Positions 27,806-38,657 of a DNA stretch of 64,000 nt are shown here, in pieces. Made by a program: the position numbers and the translations under genes. The notes beneath the pieces are model-generated. The model saw only the letters and a program-made list of their open reading frames with translations. It was not told where the DNA came from and made no database searches. The stretch lies in the NCBI GenBank assembly GCA_963733395.1, contig CAVTCZ010000019.1:482715-546714 (forward strand), given 5' to 3'. This DNA is from an uncultured Actinomycetota bacterium. Lineage in GTDB: Bacteria > Actinomycetota > Actinomycetes > S36-B12 > UBA10799. Every line of letters begins with the position of its first letter. Position 1 is the first letter of the stretch.

Positions 27806-28216
27806 ATGACGCCGCAGGACTTCGTCGACCTGGCGCACCTGCGCCGGGCGCGAGACCTCATGGACCGCGACTACGCGCAGCCGCTGGATGTCCCCGCGAT
27901 GGCCAGCGCCGCGCTCATGTCGCCCGCCCACTTCTCGCGCAAGTTCCGCGCGGCGTACGGCGAGACTCCCTACGCCTACCTCATGACCCGTCGCATCGAG
28001 CGCGCGAAGGCGCTTCTGCGTCAAGGGATGTCGGTCACGGACACATGTATGGCGGTCGGTTGCACGTCGCTGGGGTCGTTCAGCACCCGCTTCACCGAAA
28101 TAGTCGGCGAGACTCCGTCCCAATACCGTGCGCGCGACCACCGCGACCGCGAGGTGCTGCCGGCGTGTGTGAGCAAGATCGCCACAAGACCGCGACGGAC
28201 GCGGACCTCAGCCTGA
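27806..28216 (+). CDS. AraC-family HTH regulator (DNA-binding domain only)
   Basis: 136 aa. Pattern LDVPAMASAALMSPAHFSRKFRAAYGETPYAYLMTRRIERAKALL...GCTSLGSFSTRF. Confidence 0.85.
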   Translation: MTPQDFVDLAHLRRARDLMDRDYAQPLDVPAMASAALMSPAHFSRKFRAAYGETPYAYLMTRRIERAKALLRQGMSVTDTCMAVGCTSLGSFSTRFTEIVGETPSQYRARDHRDREVLPACVSKIATRPRRTRTSA

Positions 28217-28306
28217 CCCGGCGCAAGGGTGGGCGCTGGTCCGGCGGACGCAATCCGAGCAGGATCGGAGAAGCGCGGGCGGCGGTGCCGGACCTAACGT
28301 GGCCGC

Positions 28307-28705
28307 ATGGCAACCACCGTCTCCCACATGTTCATCCCCGTCCACGACCCCGACGCCGCGCTGGGCTTCTACCGGGACGCGCTCGGCCTCGAGGTCCGCA
28401 ACGACGTCGCATCCGACGGTTACCGCTGGGTCACCGTCGGCGCCCCGGGGCAGGACGTCGACATTGTCCTGTTCCAGCCGCACGGCGGTCGATCGCAGGC
28501 AGAAGGAGACGCGCTCCTGTCGCTGGTCATGCAGGGGTCGCTGCAGGCGGCGATCTTCAGGTCCGACGACCTCGATGCCACGTTCGAGGAGGTCCGGGCG
28601 TCGGGTGCCGAGGTGCTGCAGGAGCCGGCCTCCCAGCCGTGGGGCGCGCGCGACTGCGCGTTCCGCGACCCGTCGGGCAACCTGGTCCGTATCGCGCAGG
28701 CGTGA
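28307..28705 (+). CDS. VOC/glyoxalase-family protein
   Basis: 132 aa. Contains FIPVHDPDAALGFYRDALG and PWGARDCAFRDPSGNLVRI. Confidence 0.85.
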   Translation: MATTVSHMFIPVHDPDAALGFYRDALGLEVRNDVASDGYRWVTVGAPGQDVDIVLFQPHGGRSQAEGDALLSLVMQGSLQAAIFRSDDLDATFEEVRASGAEVLQEPASQPWGARDCAFRDPSGNLVRIAQA

Positions 28706-28882
28706 CCGCCGGCCGACCGGCTGTCCACAGATCAGTTGCGTGACCATTTCTTGTCGCACCCCCTCGATACCATGAACACATGTACGAAATCGGCGGTGTC
28801 TATGGGGGAGGGTCGGGGGTTCTCGCCGACCTGACGGCGGCTGTCGACGACTTGTTGGCCGGCGACCCGCGGGACGTCCCGT

Positions 28883-29992
28883 TTGACTGATGTGGTCGGT
28901 GACATCGCCGGTCTTCATTCCCAGATGCAGAGGCTGCAGGCGGTGATGCTGTCCATGGTGCAGGTCTGTGACGGCGATGGCGGGCATCATCTGGCCGGGT
29001 TCGCCACGACCGGGTCGATGCTCACCGATGGACTGCGGCTGACCGCGGGTCAGGGGCAGGCGATGGTGCGCACTGCCCGCGAGTTGCCGCGGACGTTCCC
29101 GGCCGTGTGGGAGGCGCTGCGGGCCGGGGAGATCTCGTATGCGCATGCGGCGGCGATTCGCCGGGCGCGCAAGAAGGTGCCGGCTGACCACCTCGAAGAG
29201 GCCGAACCGTTGCTGCTGGAGGTGGCACGGGTCGGATCCCCCGCCATGGTCCGGGCTGCGGTCGACCGGATCGCGGACCTGCTGGACCCGCAGGAGCACG
29301 ACGACGATCTGCAGGACGCCTTCGCCCGTCGGCACCTGAGTGTGTCGGAGACACTGGACGGCTGGTGGGCCGTCGATGGGCACCTACCGCCGGAGGTCGG
29401 GGCGCGGCTGAGCGCGGCACTGGAGGAGTTCGCGGCCCCGCTCGGATTGGCTGACCCCCGTACCGCCGATCAGCGCCGGGCGGACGCGATCGGGGAGATC
29501 GCCGACGCCGCCGTCGATGGCGAGACGACGGGGTTCTCGTCGGTGGTGATCGTGGCCGACGCCGACCGGATGGACGGTGTGGGGGCGACGTGGGATGCCA
29601 GCGGTCTGCCGGTCGGGTTGACCACGTTCGACATGGCGGTGTGCCAGTGCAAGGTTCGACTGGTGGTCGCCAAGGCATCCGGGATCGGCTGGAAACCGAT
29701 CGCGGTGGGGATGGCGGCGAGGTTCGCGACCCCCGCCCAGCGCGCCGCGTTGACGGTCCGGGACCGAGGTTGCGTGTTCCGTGGCTGCACCCGTCCCCCG
29801 CGTCGATGCCACGCCCACCATGTCGTCGACTGGCGCGATGCCGGGCCAACCGATGTCGACAATCTGGTCTTCCTGTGTGCGTACCATCACCGGATGGTGC
29901 ATCTGGGCCGCGCTGTGCTGGTCGAGGATCCCGACATTCCCGGTCGCCGCATCGCCGTGCCCGCCCGCCGACATATGACCACCGCCGCCTGA
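28883..29992 (+). CDS. DUF222 + HNH endonuclease (REP13E12-type) protein, possibly 5'-frameshifted
   Basis: C-terminal HNH (RGCVFRGCTRPPRRCHAHHVVDW...NLVFLCAYHHRMVH). A 36-codon ORF from ATG 28780 (MYEIGG...DPRDVPFD*) looks like the true N-terminus displaced by one base near 28885. Confidence 0.8.
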   Translation: MTDVVGDIAGLHSQMQRLQAVMLSMVQVCDGDGGHHLAGFATTGSMLTDGLRLTAGQGQAMVRTARELPRTFPAVWEALRAGEISYAHAAAIRRARKKVPADHLEEAEPLLLEVARVGSPAMVRAAVDRIADLLDPQEHDDDLQDAFARRHLSVSETLDGWWAVDGHLPPEVGARLSAALEEFAAPLGLADPRTADQRRADAIGEIADAAVDGETTGFSSVVIVADADRMDGVGATWDASGLPVGLTTFDMAVCQCKVRLVVAKASGIGWKPIAVGMAARFATPAQRAALTVRDRGCVFRGCTRPPRRCHAHHVVDWRDAGPTDVDNLVFLCAYHHRMVHLGRAVLVEDPDIPGRRIAVPARRHMTTAA

Positions 29993-30031
29993 CCCGCGGC
30001 GGTGGCGAGGAACAGTGTCCGCTCTCGCTGG

Positions 30032-30334
30032 TCAGTCGACGTCTTCGTCGATCTCCGCCAGCACGTCGGCGGCGTCCGTGAAACCCATCGACGCCAGCCT
30101 GCGCAGTTCCTCCACGTCGCCGCGCTCTCCAGCCAGTTGGACGAGTTCGTCCACCGCATCCCGGCTGCCTGCATCCGCCAGGCGTCGCAGTTCCGCCATG
30201 TCCGCGCGGTCGGCGGCCAGTTCGACCAACTGATCGAGCGCGTCCCGGTCGCCGGCGGCCGCGCTGTCGACCGCAACGCACGTTCTTCGTCGTCCACGAC
30301 CGCCTCCTCCGCCTTGCCTGCCATCCTAGGCTTC
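30032..30334 (-). pseudogene. small acidic helical-repeat protein, frameshifted as sequenced
   Basis: Repeats ...DRDALDQLVELAADRADMAELRRLADAGSRDAVDELVQLAGERGDVEELRRLA... The N-terminus MKPRMAGKAEEAVVDDEERA lies in another frame, with the junction at about 30275. Confidence 0.5.
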
Positions 30335-30610
30335 ATCGGCAGACCCGCCTTCCTGTCGTCAGCCCGCTGCCGGGCCCTCCCAGATGCTGTGCCAGAATCT
30401 CGGCTATGTTCGCGACGGTTGGTGTGATCGACGAGCGCGCTCTGACGCGTCGCCGGGTCATCGATCACTGTCGCGTCTGCGCCACAGCGTGTTGTCGCTG
30501 ACCGGCCACCTTCAGTTGCACCCTTCCCGATGTGTGGCCGCTGTTCCCTGCACATCTCTCGGCTTCTTGTCTGCGGCCGCCGACCGCATCAACCGATTAG
30601 GAGGAATCAA

Positions 30611-31243
30611 ATGTCCATTCGATTGGGCGACACCGCCCCCAACTTCACCGCGGAGACCACCGACGGCACCATCGACTTCCACCAGTGGAAGCAGGGTTCC
30701 TGGGCGGTCTTCTTCAGCCACCCCGCCGACTTCACCCCGGTCTGCACGACCGAACTCGGCCGCACCGCGGAGCTGCAGAGCGAGTTCGACAAGCGGGGCG
30801 TCAAGGCCATCGCCATCTCGGTGGACCCGTTGGAGTCGCACGAGAAGTGGGCCGGTGACATCGGCGATGTCGGTGGTACCGACCTGAACTTCCCGATCAT
30901 CGCCGACCCCGACAAAGCGGTCTCCGAGACCTACGAGATGATCCACCCCGGTGAGGGTGACACGTCGACGGTCCGGTCGGTGTTCATCATCGACCCGAAC
31001 GACAAGGTGCGCCTCACGCTCACCTACCCGAAGTCGGTGGGCCGCAACTTCGACGAGATCCTGCGGGTGATCGACGCCTTGCAGTTGACCGACCTGGTGC
31101 CGGTCTCCACGCCCGTGGACTGGCAGCCGGGTTCGCGTGTGATCGTGTCGCCCACCATCTCGACTGAGGACGCCAAGACCCGGTTCGGAGATGTCGAAGA
31201 GGTCAAGCCGTACCTGCGCTGGACCCCGCAGCCGTCGGTCTGA
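30611..31243 (+). CDS. 1-Cys peroxiredoxin (Prx6-like)
   Basis: RBS AGGAGG then ATG 30611. Contains FSHPADFTPVCTTE and RSVFIIDP. Confidence 0.9.
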   Translation: MSIRLGDTAPNFTAETTDGTIDFHQWKQGSWAVFFSHPADFTPVCTTELGRTAELQSEFDKRGVKAIAISVDPLESHEKWAGDIGDVGGTDLNFPIIADPDKAVSETYEMIHPGEGDTSTVRSVFIIDPNDKVRLTLTYPKSVGRNFDEILRVIDALQLTDLVPVSTPVDWQPGSRVIVSPTISTEDAKTRFGDVEEVKPYLRWTPQPSV

Positions 31244-31399
31244 CGGAACGAGCCCTTCGGGTGCGACGCCACGGCGCTCGCTCCCGGGGGGCTCGTCGCT
31301 TCCGGGCTTGCTGCGAGGTCATCGCAGCGGATGGCACGGATAGTCTCAGAGCATGACGCGGGCGTCTGACCGGTCCGCGCAGAACCAGGAGACGCGCCC

Positions 31400-33080
31400 G
31401 TGACCGACCAAGACGACCAGCAGGGGCGGGACTTCTCGGACCTCGGACTCAGCGACCCGATCCTGAAGACCGTGCACGACCTCGGATACGAGACACCGTC
31501 GGCGATCCAGGCCGCCACGATCCCACCGTTGCTCGAGGGCCGCGACGTCGTGGGCCTGGCACAGACCGGAACCGGCAAGACCGCGGCCTTCGCGCTTCCG
31601 ATCCTCGACCGGCTCGACCTCTCCCAGAAGGCGCCGCAGGCACTGGTGCTGGCACCAACCCGGGAACTTGCCCTGCAGGTCTGCGAGGCCTTCGAGCGCT
31701 ATGCCGGCCGCCTGCGCGGGGTGAAGGTGCTGCCGGTCTACGGGGGTCAGGCGTACGGTGTGCAACTCAGTGCGCTGCGCCGCGGTGTGCACATCGTGGT
31801 CGGTACTCCGGGCCGGATCATGGACCACCTGCAGAAAGGCACCCTGGACCTCTCGGAGGTGCGTTTCCTGGTCCTCGATGAAGCCGACGAGATGCTCAAC
31901 ATGGGTTTCGCGGAGGACGTGGAGACGATCCTCGCCGACACCCCGGATGACAAGAACGTGGCGCTGTTCTCGGCGACGATGCCGGCGCAGATCCGGCGGC
32001 TGTCCAAGAAGTACCTCAACGACCCGCTCGAGATCACGGTCAAGAACAAGACCACGACCTCGGCCAACACGACCCAGCGATACCTGATCGTCTCGTATCC
32101 GCAGAAGGTGGATGCGCTCACCCGGATCCTCGAGGTGGAGAACTTCGAGGGCATGATCGTCTTCGTCCGGACGAAGAACGAGACGGAGACGCTGGCCGAG
32201 AAACTACGAGCGCGGGGTTTCTCCGCGATGGCGATCAACGGCGATGTGCCGCAGGCGCAGCGGGAACGCACGGTCAACCAGCTCAAGTCCGGCAAGCTCG
32301 ACATCCTCGTCGCCACCGATGTCGCTGCTCGGGGCCTGGACGTGGAACGGATCAGCCACGTCGTCAACTTCGACATCCCGACCGACACCGAGTCCTACGT
32401 CCACCGCATCGGACGCACCGGCAGGGCGGGCCGCAGCGGTGAGGCGATCTCCTTCGTCACGCCGCGGGAGCGCTACCTGCTGAGGTCTATCGAGAAGGCC
32501 ACCCGGCAGCCCTTGACGCAGATGGAACTGCCCACGCCGGAGGACATCAACGTCACGCGGCTGGCGCGCTTCGACGACGCGATCACCCGCGCGCTGTCGT
32601 CCGGGGACATCGAGTTCTACCGCGATGTCGTCGGACACTACGTGCGCGAACACGACGTCCCCGAGCAGGATGTGGCCGCCGCGCTGGCCGTCGTCCTACA
32701 GGGGGACACACCGCTGTTGGTCGATCCGGAGCCTGTGCGGCAACCGGCTCGGGAGCGACCGCCCCGCGGCGATGGCCCCCGGCGGGAACGTGGCCGCAAC
32801 GACGTGGCGATGGCGACCTATCGGCTCAACGTCGGTCGGCGGCACAAGGTGGAGCCGCGCCAGATCGTCGGGGCGCTGGCCAACGAGGGCGGACTGCGCC
32901 GGCAGGACTTCGGGCACATCGACATCCGCGCCGACCATTCGCTGGTGGAGTTGCCCGCCGACCTGCCCCCCGATGTGTGGAAGAAGCTGCGCAAGACGCG
33001 GATCTCCGGGAAGTTGATCGAGTTGGCCCCGGACGCGCAGGCGCCGCGCAAGCCGCGGCACAAGGGCAAGCGGGGGCTAG
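31400..33080 (+). CDS. deaD: DEAD-box RNA helicase (DeaD/CsdA-like)
   Basis: Motifs AQTGTGKT, DEAD, SAT and HRIGRTGRAG. As sequenced, the frame stays open to 34099. Removing one G from the G5 run at 33072-33076 gives ...HKGKRG* with TAG at 33078-33080, 17 nt from the convergent gene. Confidence 0.88.
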
Positions 33081-33097
33081 CCGGCTCCTCGGGTCGC

Positions 33098-34678
33098 TCA
33101 CCCCACCCGGATGCGGACTTCCTGCTTCTGCAGGCTCTGCGAGCGCGCGTTCTTCTTCGGTGCCGGTGGCGGGCCGTCCTTGCTCTCCACCCAGTCGGAA
33201 CTCGAGGGCTTGAGTTTCTTGGTGCCGGTCACGCCCACCATCCAGGAGCGCTCGGGCACGTAGCCGTCGAGGATGTCCTTGCGTACTTGGACAGTCAGCG
33301 AGAACCCGCCGGTCTTGTCGGAGCGGAAGCCGCGGCGCAGGTCGCCGACATCCTCGCCGCGACCGCGCAGCCAGCCCTGCGCCTTGCGCAACGGCACCCA
33401 CTTCTTGCCCTTGAGTCGTTCCATGACGCCGGTGATCCGGGTCTTCGCGTCGCTGGAGACGACAGCGGTGACGTTGCGAACCCGGGTCTTGTCGGTCGGC
33501 GCGTCGTACGAGGGGGGAGTGACCGAGGCGCGGCTGAAGGTGTCGCCGCCCAGCCGGGTGCCATCGAAGCGGGCGACGGTGATGTCTACGGCCTTGGCGT
33601 CGGCCATAGGGATCGAAGCGGAGTTGGTGTTGACCCACTGCGTGGGTGCCTCCAGCGGGTCGCCGAAGTCGAAAGTGACCGCGTACCAGGAGCCGGCAAC
33701 GGCGTTCCACGACACGATCGCGGCACCGTTCTCAACGCGGCTGACGACGCCGGTGGGCCGATCGCCCGCGCGCAGCCGGGCACGCACGTCGACGCCGAGG
33801 TCCGGGAAGTCGGTGATGACCCCGTCGGCACCGATAGCTGCCGCCTTGCGATACGCATCGCGACTGCCGCGCAGCGTCCAGACGTGGACGCCGAGGTCGG
33901 CAGCGTGCGCCTGCTGCACCAGACTCCGGCGGGCCCGGGTGGTGGGTACGCCCAGGACATCGGCGAACTGCCGGAACTGCGGGAACAGGCCCACATCCTC
34001 CAGTCCGACGCTGCGCGTCAAGTACACGGTGCGGTTACCGACCTGCGATCTGATGGCCTGCAGGTCGGCCGGGTTGCCCGACTGGACCCATACCCGTGAT
34101 CCGCGTTGATCCTCGCCGCGGGCCCGCAGGACATTGACCATGGCTGCCACCGGGTCGAGGCCGCGGGCCTGGAAGTAGCCGGACTCCTTGATCTCCATGT
34201 AGAGACTGGCCCCCCGACCCTGGGCGAAGCCGATCAGGTCGTCGAGGGTGGTCATGGCCTGGCCGTCCCACTTGCGCAAGGTCTGCAACTGCTCCCAGGT
34301 GTAGTCGTCCACCCAGTAGCCGGAGTACTTCACGCCGTTGAATTCCCGTTCGGTCGGTGCGAACCCGGGCGTCGTCGCCGCATTGGTCACACGGCCGAGA
34401 TCGAGGTCGTGGCACAGGACCAGACGGCCGTCCTTGGACATCACCAGGTCGCCCTCAAGCAGGTCCGCGCCGAGGTTGGCCGCGCGCTCGTACCCGCCCA
34501 GCGTGCTCTCGGCCGCGTACACCGGCGCTCCCCGGTGAGCGATGACCAACATGCCCGATGGCGGTCGGCCTTCGAGGGCATTGACCGCCGAGGCGGTGCC
34601 CACGAGCAGCGCCAGACCGCTCAGTGCTGCAGTTGTGCGCCTACCCAATGTCCACCTCCTCGCAGACCACTGTGCCAT
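33098..34678 (-). CDS. secreted glycerophosphodiester phosphodiesterase with C-terminal extension
   Basis: GDPD motifs VIAHRGAP...EGDLVMSKDGRLVLCHD, followed by roughly 230 aa of extra beta-rich sequence. The start could be any of three in-frame codons between 34678 and 34705. Confidence 0.82.
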   Translation of the reverse strand: MAQWSARRWTLGRRTTAALSGLALLVGTASAVNALEGRPPSGMLVIAHRGAPVYAAESTLGGYERAANLGADLLEGDLVMSKDGRLVLCHDLDLGRVTNAATTPGFAPTEREFNGVKYSGYWVDDYTWEQLQTLRKWDGQAMTTLDDLIGFAQGRGASLYMEIKESGYFQARGLDPVAAMVNVLRARGEDQRGSRVWVQSGNPADLQAIRSQVGNRTVYLTRSVGLEDVGLFPQFRQFADVLGVPTTRARRSLVQQAHAADLGVHVWTLRGSRDAYRKAAAIGADGVITDFPDLGVDVRARLRAGDRPTGVVSRVENGAAIVSWNAVAGSWYAVTFDFGDPLEAPTQWVNTNSASIPMADAKAVDITVARFDGTRLGGDTFSRASVTPPSYDAPTDKTRVRNVTAVVSSDAKTRITGVMERLKGKKWVPLRKAQGWLRGRGEDVGDLRRGFRSDKTGGFSLTVQVRKDILDGYVPERSWMVGVTGTKKLKPSSSDWVESKDGPPPAPKKNARSQSLQKQEVRIRVG

Positions 34679-34930
34679 GAACATTCTGACGTCATGGCAC
34701 ACCACGTCGTTCCCCGGTGTTCACCGCGCCTCGAACCGCAACATAACGATTGGGTGACCCTCAGGTGACCACGCGGCGTCTTCGTGGGCACAATGTAGGG
34801 GAAAACTCGCATCCCCCATCCCACATCACCGCGCGACGCGCAATCCTGTGGGCCGAGGATGCTGGGATTCTTGACGGAATCCGAACACAATGTGCCTGAC
34901 AGATGTCGGCATTCGTAGAAGGGACAGTCC

Positions 34931-36569
34931 ATGCGTGGACTTAGGAAGGCCGCCCCGGCGGTGATCGGGGCCAGCGTGATCGCGCTGACCCTGGCCGCCT
35001 GTGGTGGGTCGTCGGACAGCGGTTCCGGCGGGAGCGGCGGGAGCGACTCGTACGTGACCGTCAACAGCTCCGAGCCGCAGAACCCGCTGATTCCGGCCAA
35101 CACCAACGAAACCAGCGGCGGCAACGTCATCGACAACATGTTCACGATGCTGGTGAGGTACAACCCGGAGAACGCGGCGCCGGAGAACGCGGTGGCGACC
35201 TCGATCACCTCCGAGCGACCAGATCAACTGGGACATACAGATCCGCGACGACTGGACGTTCCAGGACGGCACTCCGGTGACCGCCAGCAGTTTCGTGGAC
35301 GCGTGGAACTGGGCCGCCTACGGCCCCAACGCGGCTCTGAACTCCTACTTCTTCGAGCCCATCGAGGGCTTCGCGGACGTGCAGGGCGAGTTCGACGACG
35401 AGGGCAACCCGGTCGGCAAGCCGAAGACCAAGGAGATGTCGGGTCTGAAGGTGGTCAGCGACACCGAGTTCACGGTGAAACTGAGCCGGCCGAACTCGCA
35501 GTTCCCGGTGGCGGTCGGCTACTCCGGCTTCGCCCCGATTGCCGCAGGTCTTCTTCGACGACCCGGAGGCGTTCGGCAAGAACCCGGTCGGCAACGGCCC
35601 GTTCCAGTTCGAGAGCTGGGACCCGAAGGTCTCCATCAAGCTGAAGACGTGGCCGGACTACCCCGGCGACAGACAAGCCCAGCATCGCCGGTGTGGATTT
35701 CAAGCTCTACGCGGACCTCGACGCGGCGTGGGCCGACCTGCAGGCCGGCAACCTCGACGTGCTGGACTCCATCCCGCCGTCCGGTCTTGCCGGCGGTCAG
35801 TACAAGAGCATCCTCGGCGACCGTGCCATCGTGCAGCCGACCGGCTCCATCCAGACGGTCAGCTTCCCGTTCTACGACAAGCGTTTCGACAACGTCGATC
35901 TGCGCAAGGCCATCTCGCTGGCCATCGACCGGCAGACGATCGTCGAACAACGTGTTCGACGGCACGCGCGAGCCCGCCACCGACTGGACTTCCCCGGTCG
36001 TGAACGGCTACAAGGCCGGTGTCTGTGGAGAGTGGTGCAACTTCGACCCGACCAAGGCCAAGGAGTACTTGGACAAGGCCGGCGGTTTCGACGGCAAGCT
36101 GACGCTGGCCTACAACGCCGACGGCGGCCACAAGGAGTGGGTGGACGCGACGTGCGTCAGCATCACGAACGCGCTCGGGATCGAGTGCGTTGGCAAGCCC
36201 ACCGCGGACTTCGCCACCTTCCGTGACGAGGTCGTGAACAAGGAGATGACCGGCATCTTCCGCACCGGTTGGCAGATGGACTACCCGTCCATCGAGAACT
36301 TCCTGGTCCCGCTCTACAAGACGGGCGCCTCGTCCAACGACGGCGACTGGTCGAACAAGCAGTTCGACGACCTGATGGACCAGGCCTCTGCCACGCCCGG
36401 CGAGGAAGGCATCGCTTGTTCCAGCAGGGTGAGGGCGTCCTCGCCGAGGAGATGCCAGTCATCCCGATGTGGTACTACGCGACTGATCGCCGGCTACTCG
36501 GACACGGTGTCGAACGTGCAGTTCTCACCGTTCGGCAGGGTCGTCCTGACGACGATCGAGAAGAACTAG
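34931..36569 (+). pseudogene. peptide ABC transporter substrate-binding lipoprotein (family 5), 6 frameshifts as sequenced
   Basis: Lipobox LTLAAC. The protein is reconstructable across frames 2>0>1>2>0>2>0, with junctions at about 35215, 35535, 35672, 35945, 36412 and 36482. Confidence 0.85.
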
Positions 36570-36753
36570 TCGGTCACCCACGAACTGGGCCCCCATCACC
36601 AATTGGTGGCGGGGGCCCAGTCGTGTCCGAGGCCGCGCCCGACTCGGCTCGCCGAGACAGTTCCGGGGTCCGGCGGCGTGTGCAACAGGGGCACGCAGGC
36701 CGGTGAGTATCGTTCGATCGTCGTTCGATTGCCGAGATAGGAGGGAGGTGGCC

Positions 36754-37682
36754 GTGGGTCGCTACACCATCCGTCGCCTCCTGCAGATGATCCCCGTCAT
36801 CATCGGGACGACGTTCCTCATCTACGCGATGGTGTGGGCCCTCCCCGGCGATCCTTTCGCCGGCAAGTGCGGTGACCGGCCCTGTCCCGAGGCGTACATC
36901 GCCGAGATGCGGGACAAGTTCAACCTCGACGACCCGCTGCCGGTCCAGTACGGGAAGTACCTGGGCAACCTGCTGACAGGGAGACTTCGGCGAGAGTTTC
37001 TCGGGTCGGACCGTGTGGGACGAGATCGCGCAGGCGTTCCCGGTCACGTTCCGGCTGGCGCTGATCGCGATCCTCGTCGAGATCGTCATCGGCATCAGCG
37101 CCGGTGTCCTCTCCGCGCTTGAACCGGGGCGGTTTCTGGGACAACCTCGTGCTGATTTCCACGCTGATCGTCATTTCGATCCCGGTGTTCGTGATCGGCT
37201 TCCTGGCGCAGTTCACCTTCGGCATCAAGTTGGGGTGGTTCCCGCCGACGGTGGGGCCGAATGCGACGGTCTACGAGTTAATCTTGCCGGCATTCGTGCT
37301 GGCGTCCCTCTCCCTGGCCTACGTCGCCCGACTCATGCGCGGCAACCTGACCGAGAACCTGCGTGCGGACTACGTCCGCACTGCCACCTCCAAGGGCCTA
37401 TCCCGCCGTCGAGTGATCGGCCGGCACGCGGTGCGGAATTCGCTGATCCCGGTCGTCACGTTCATCGGCGCCGACTTCGGTGCACTGCTCGGCGGCGCGA
37501 TCGTGACCGAGGGTATCTTCAACATCCGCGGGATCGGCGGGTTGCTCTACCTGTCCATCCGCACCCGGGAAGGCGCCACGGTCGTGGGTGTGGTCACGGT
37601 CCTGGTCCTGGTGTTCCTGCTGGTCAACCTGCTCGTCGACATCCTGTACGGCGCGATCGACCCGAGGATTCGCTATGAGTGA
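36754..37682 (+). pseudogene. peptide ABC transporter permease (DppB/OppB-like), 2 frameshifts
   Basis: RYTIRRLLQMIPVIIGTTFLIY..., then an extra base at 36982 (GGG-a-GAC) and another at about 37119. The rest is intact (...RADYVRTATSKGLS...). Confidence 0.85.
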
Positions 37683-38653
37683 CCCGAACGCCTCGATGGC
37701 GGCGGCGGCACCGGAGACCGTCGAGAAGGAGACCTACCTCGGGTCGGATCTCCCCCCGGCAGCCGGGCCAGGAACGAAGAGTCGAGCTCGCTGTGGAGCG
37801 ATGCCTGGCGGGAACTGCGCAGCCAACAAGATCTTCATCATCTCGGCGGTCCTCATCGTGCTCTTCCTGATCATGACGTTCTTCCCGCAGCTGTTGACGT
37901 TCGGAAAGAACCCGAACACCTGCGACCTGACGCTGTCCCGGCAGGCACCCTCCTCCGAGGCCTGGTTCGGGTACGACAACAACGGTTGCGACGTGTACAC
38001 GCGCACCATCTACGGCGCCAAGGCCTCGATCCTGGTGGGCGTCTTCGCGACCGCTGTTCACGCATGCTGCTCGGAGGGTTCATCGGCGTTATCGCCGGTT
38101 ACTTCGGCGGGCTTGACCGACTCGATCCTGTCGCGGATCACGGACGTCTTCTTCGCGATCCCGTTGCTGCTCGGTGGCATCCTGGTGCTGACGCTCCTTC
38201 CCCGCCAGCGAAAGCACGAACCTCTACACAGAGGTGGGCAAGGTGGTGCTGGCGTTGGGCATCCTCGGCTGGACCTCGATGACCCGCATCATGCGGTCGT
38301 CGGTCATCCAGGTTCGCAACGCCGACTTCGTGGTGGCGGCCCGGGCCCTGGGTGCCAGCAGCAGCCGGATCATCACAAAGCATGTGGTTCCGAACTCGTT
38401 GGCCCCGCTGATCGTGGTGGCCACGATCTCCCTGGGCGGCTACATCGGCGCCGAAGCCACCCTGTCGTTCCTGGGGCTGGGCCTGCAGCCGCCGGTCATC
38501 TCCTGGGGAACGATGATCAACGACGCGCAGCCCTACATCCGGGTGGCTCCGTTCATGCTGTTCTTCCCGGCGTTCTTCCTGTCGGTGGCCGTGTTGAGTT
38601 TCATCATGCTCGGCGATGCCGTGCGTGAAGCCCTGGACCCGAAGCTGCGGTGA
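37675..38653 (+). pseudogene. peptide ABC transporter permease (DppC/OppC-like), 5 frameshifts
   Basis: Junctions at the C-run 37752-57, 37824, and about 38060, 38112 and 38205. The restored sequence contains SLWSDAWRELRS-NKIFIISAV and ...ARALGASSSRII.KHVVPN. Confidence 0.85.
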
Positions 38654-38657
38654 GTCG

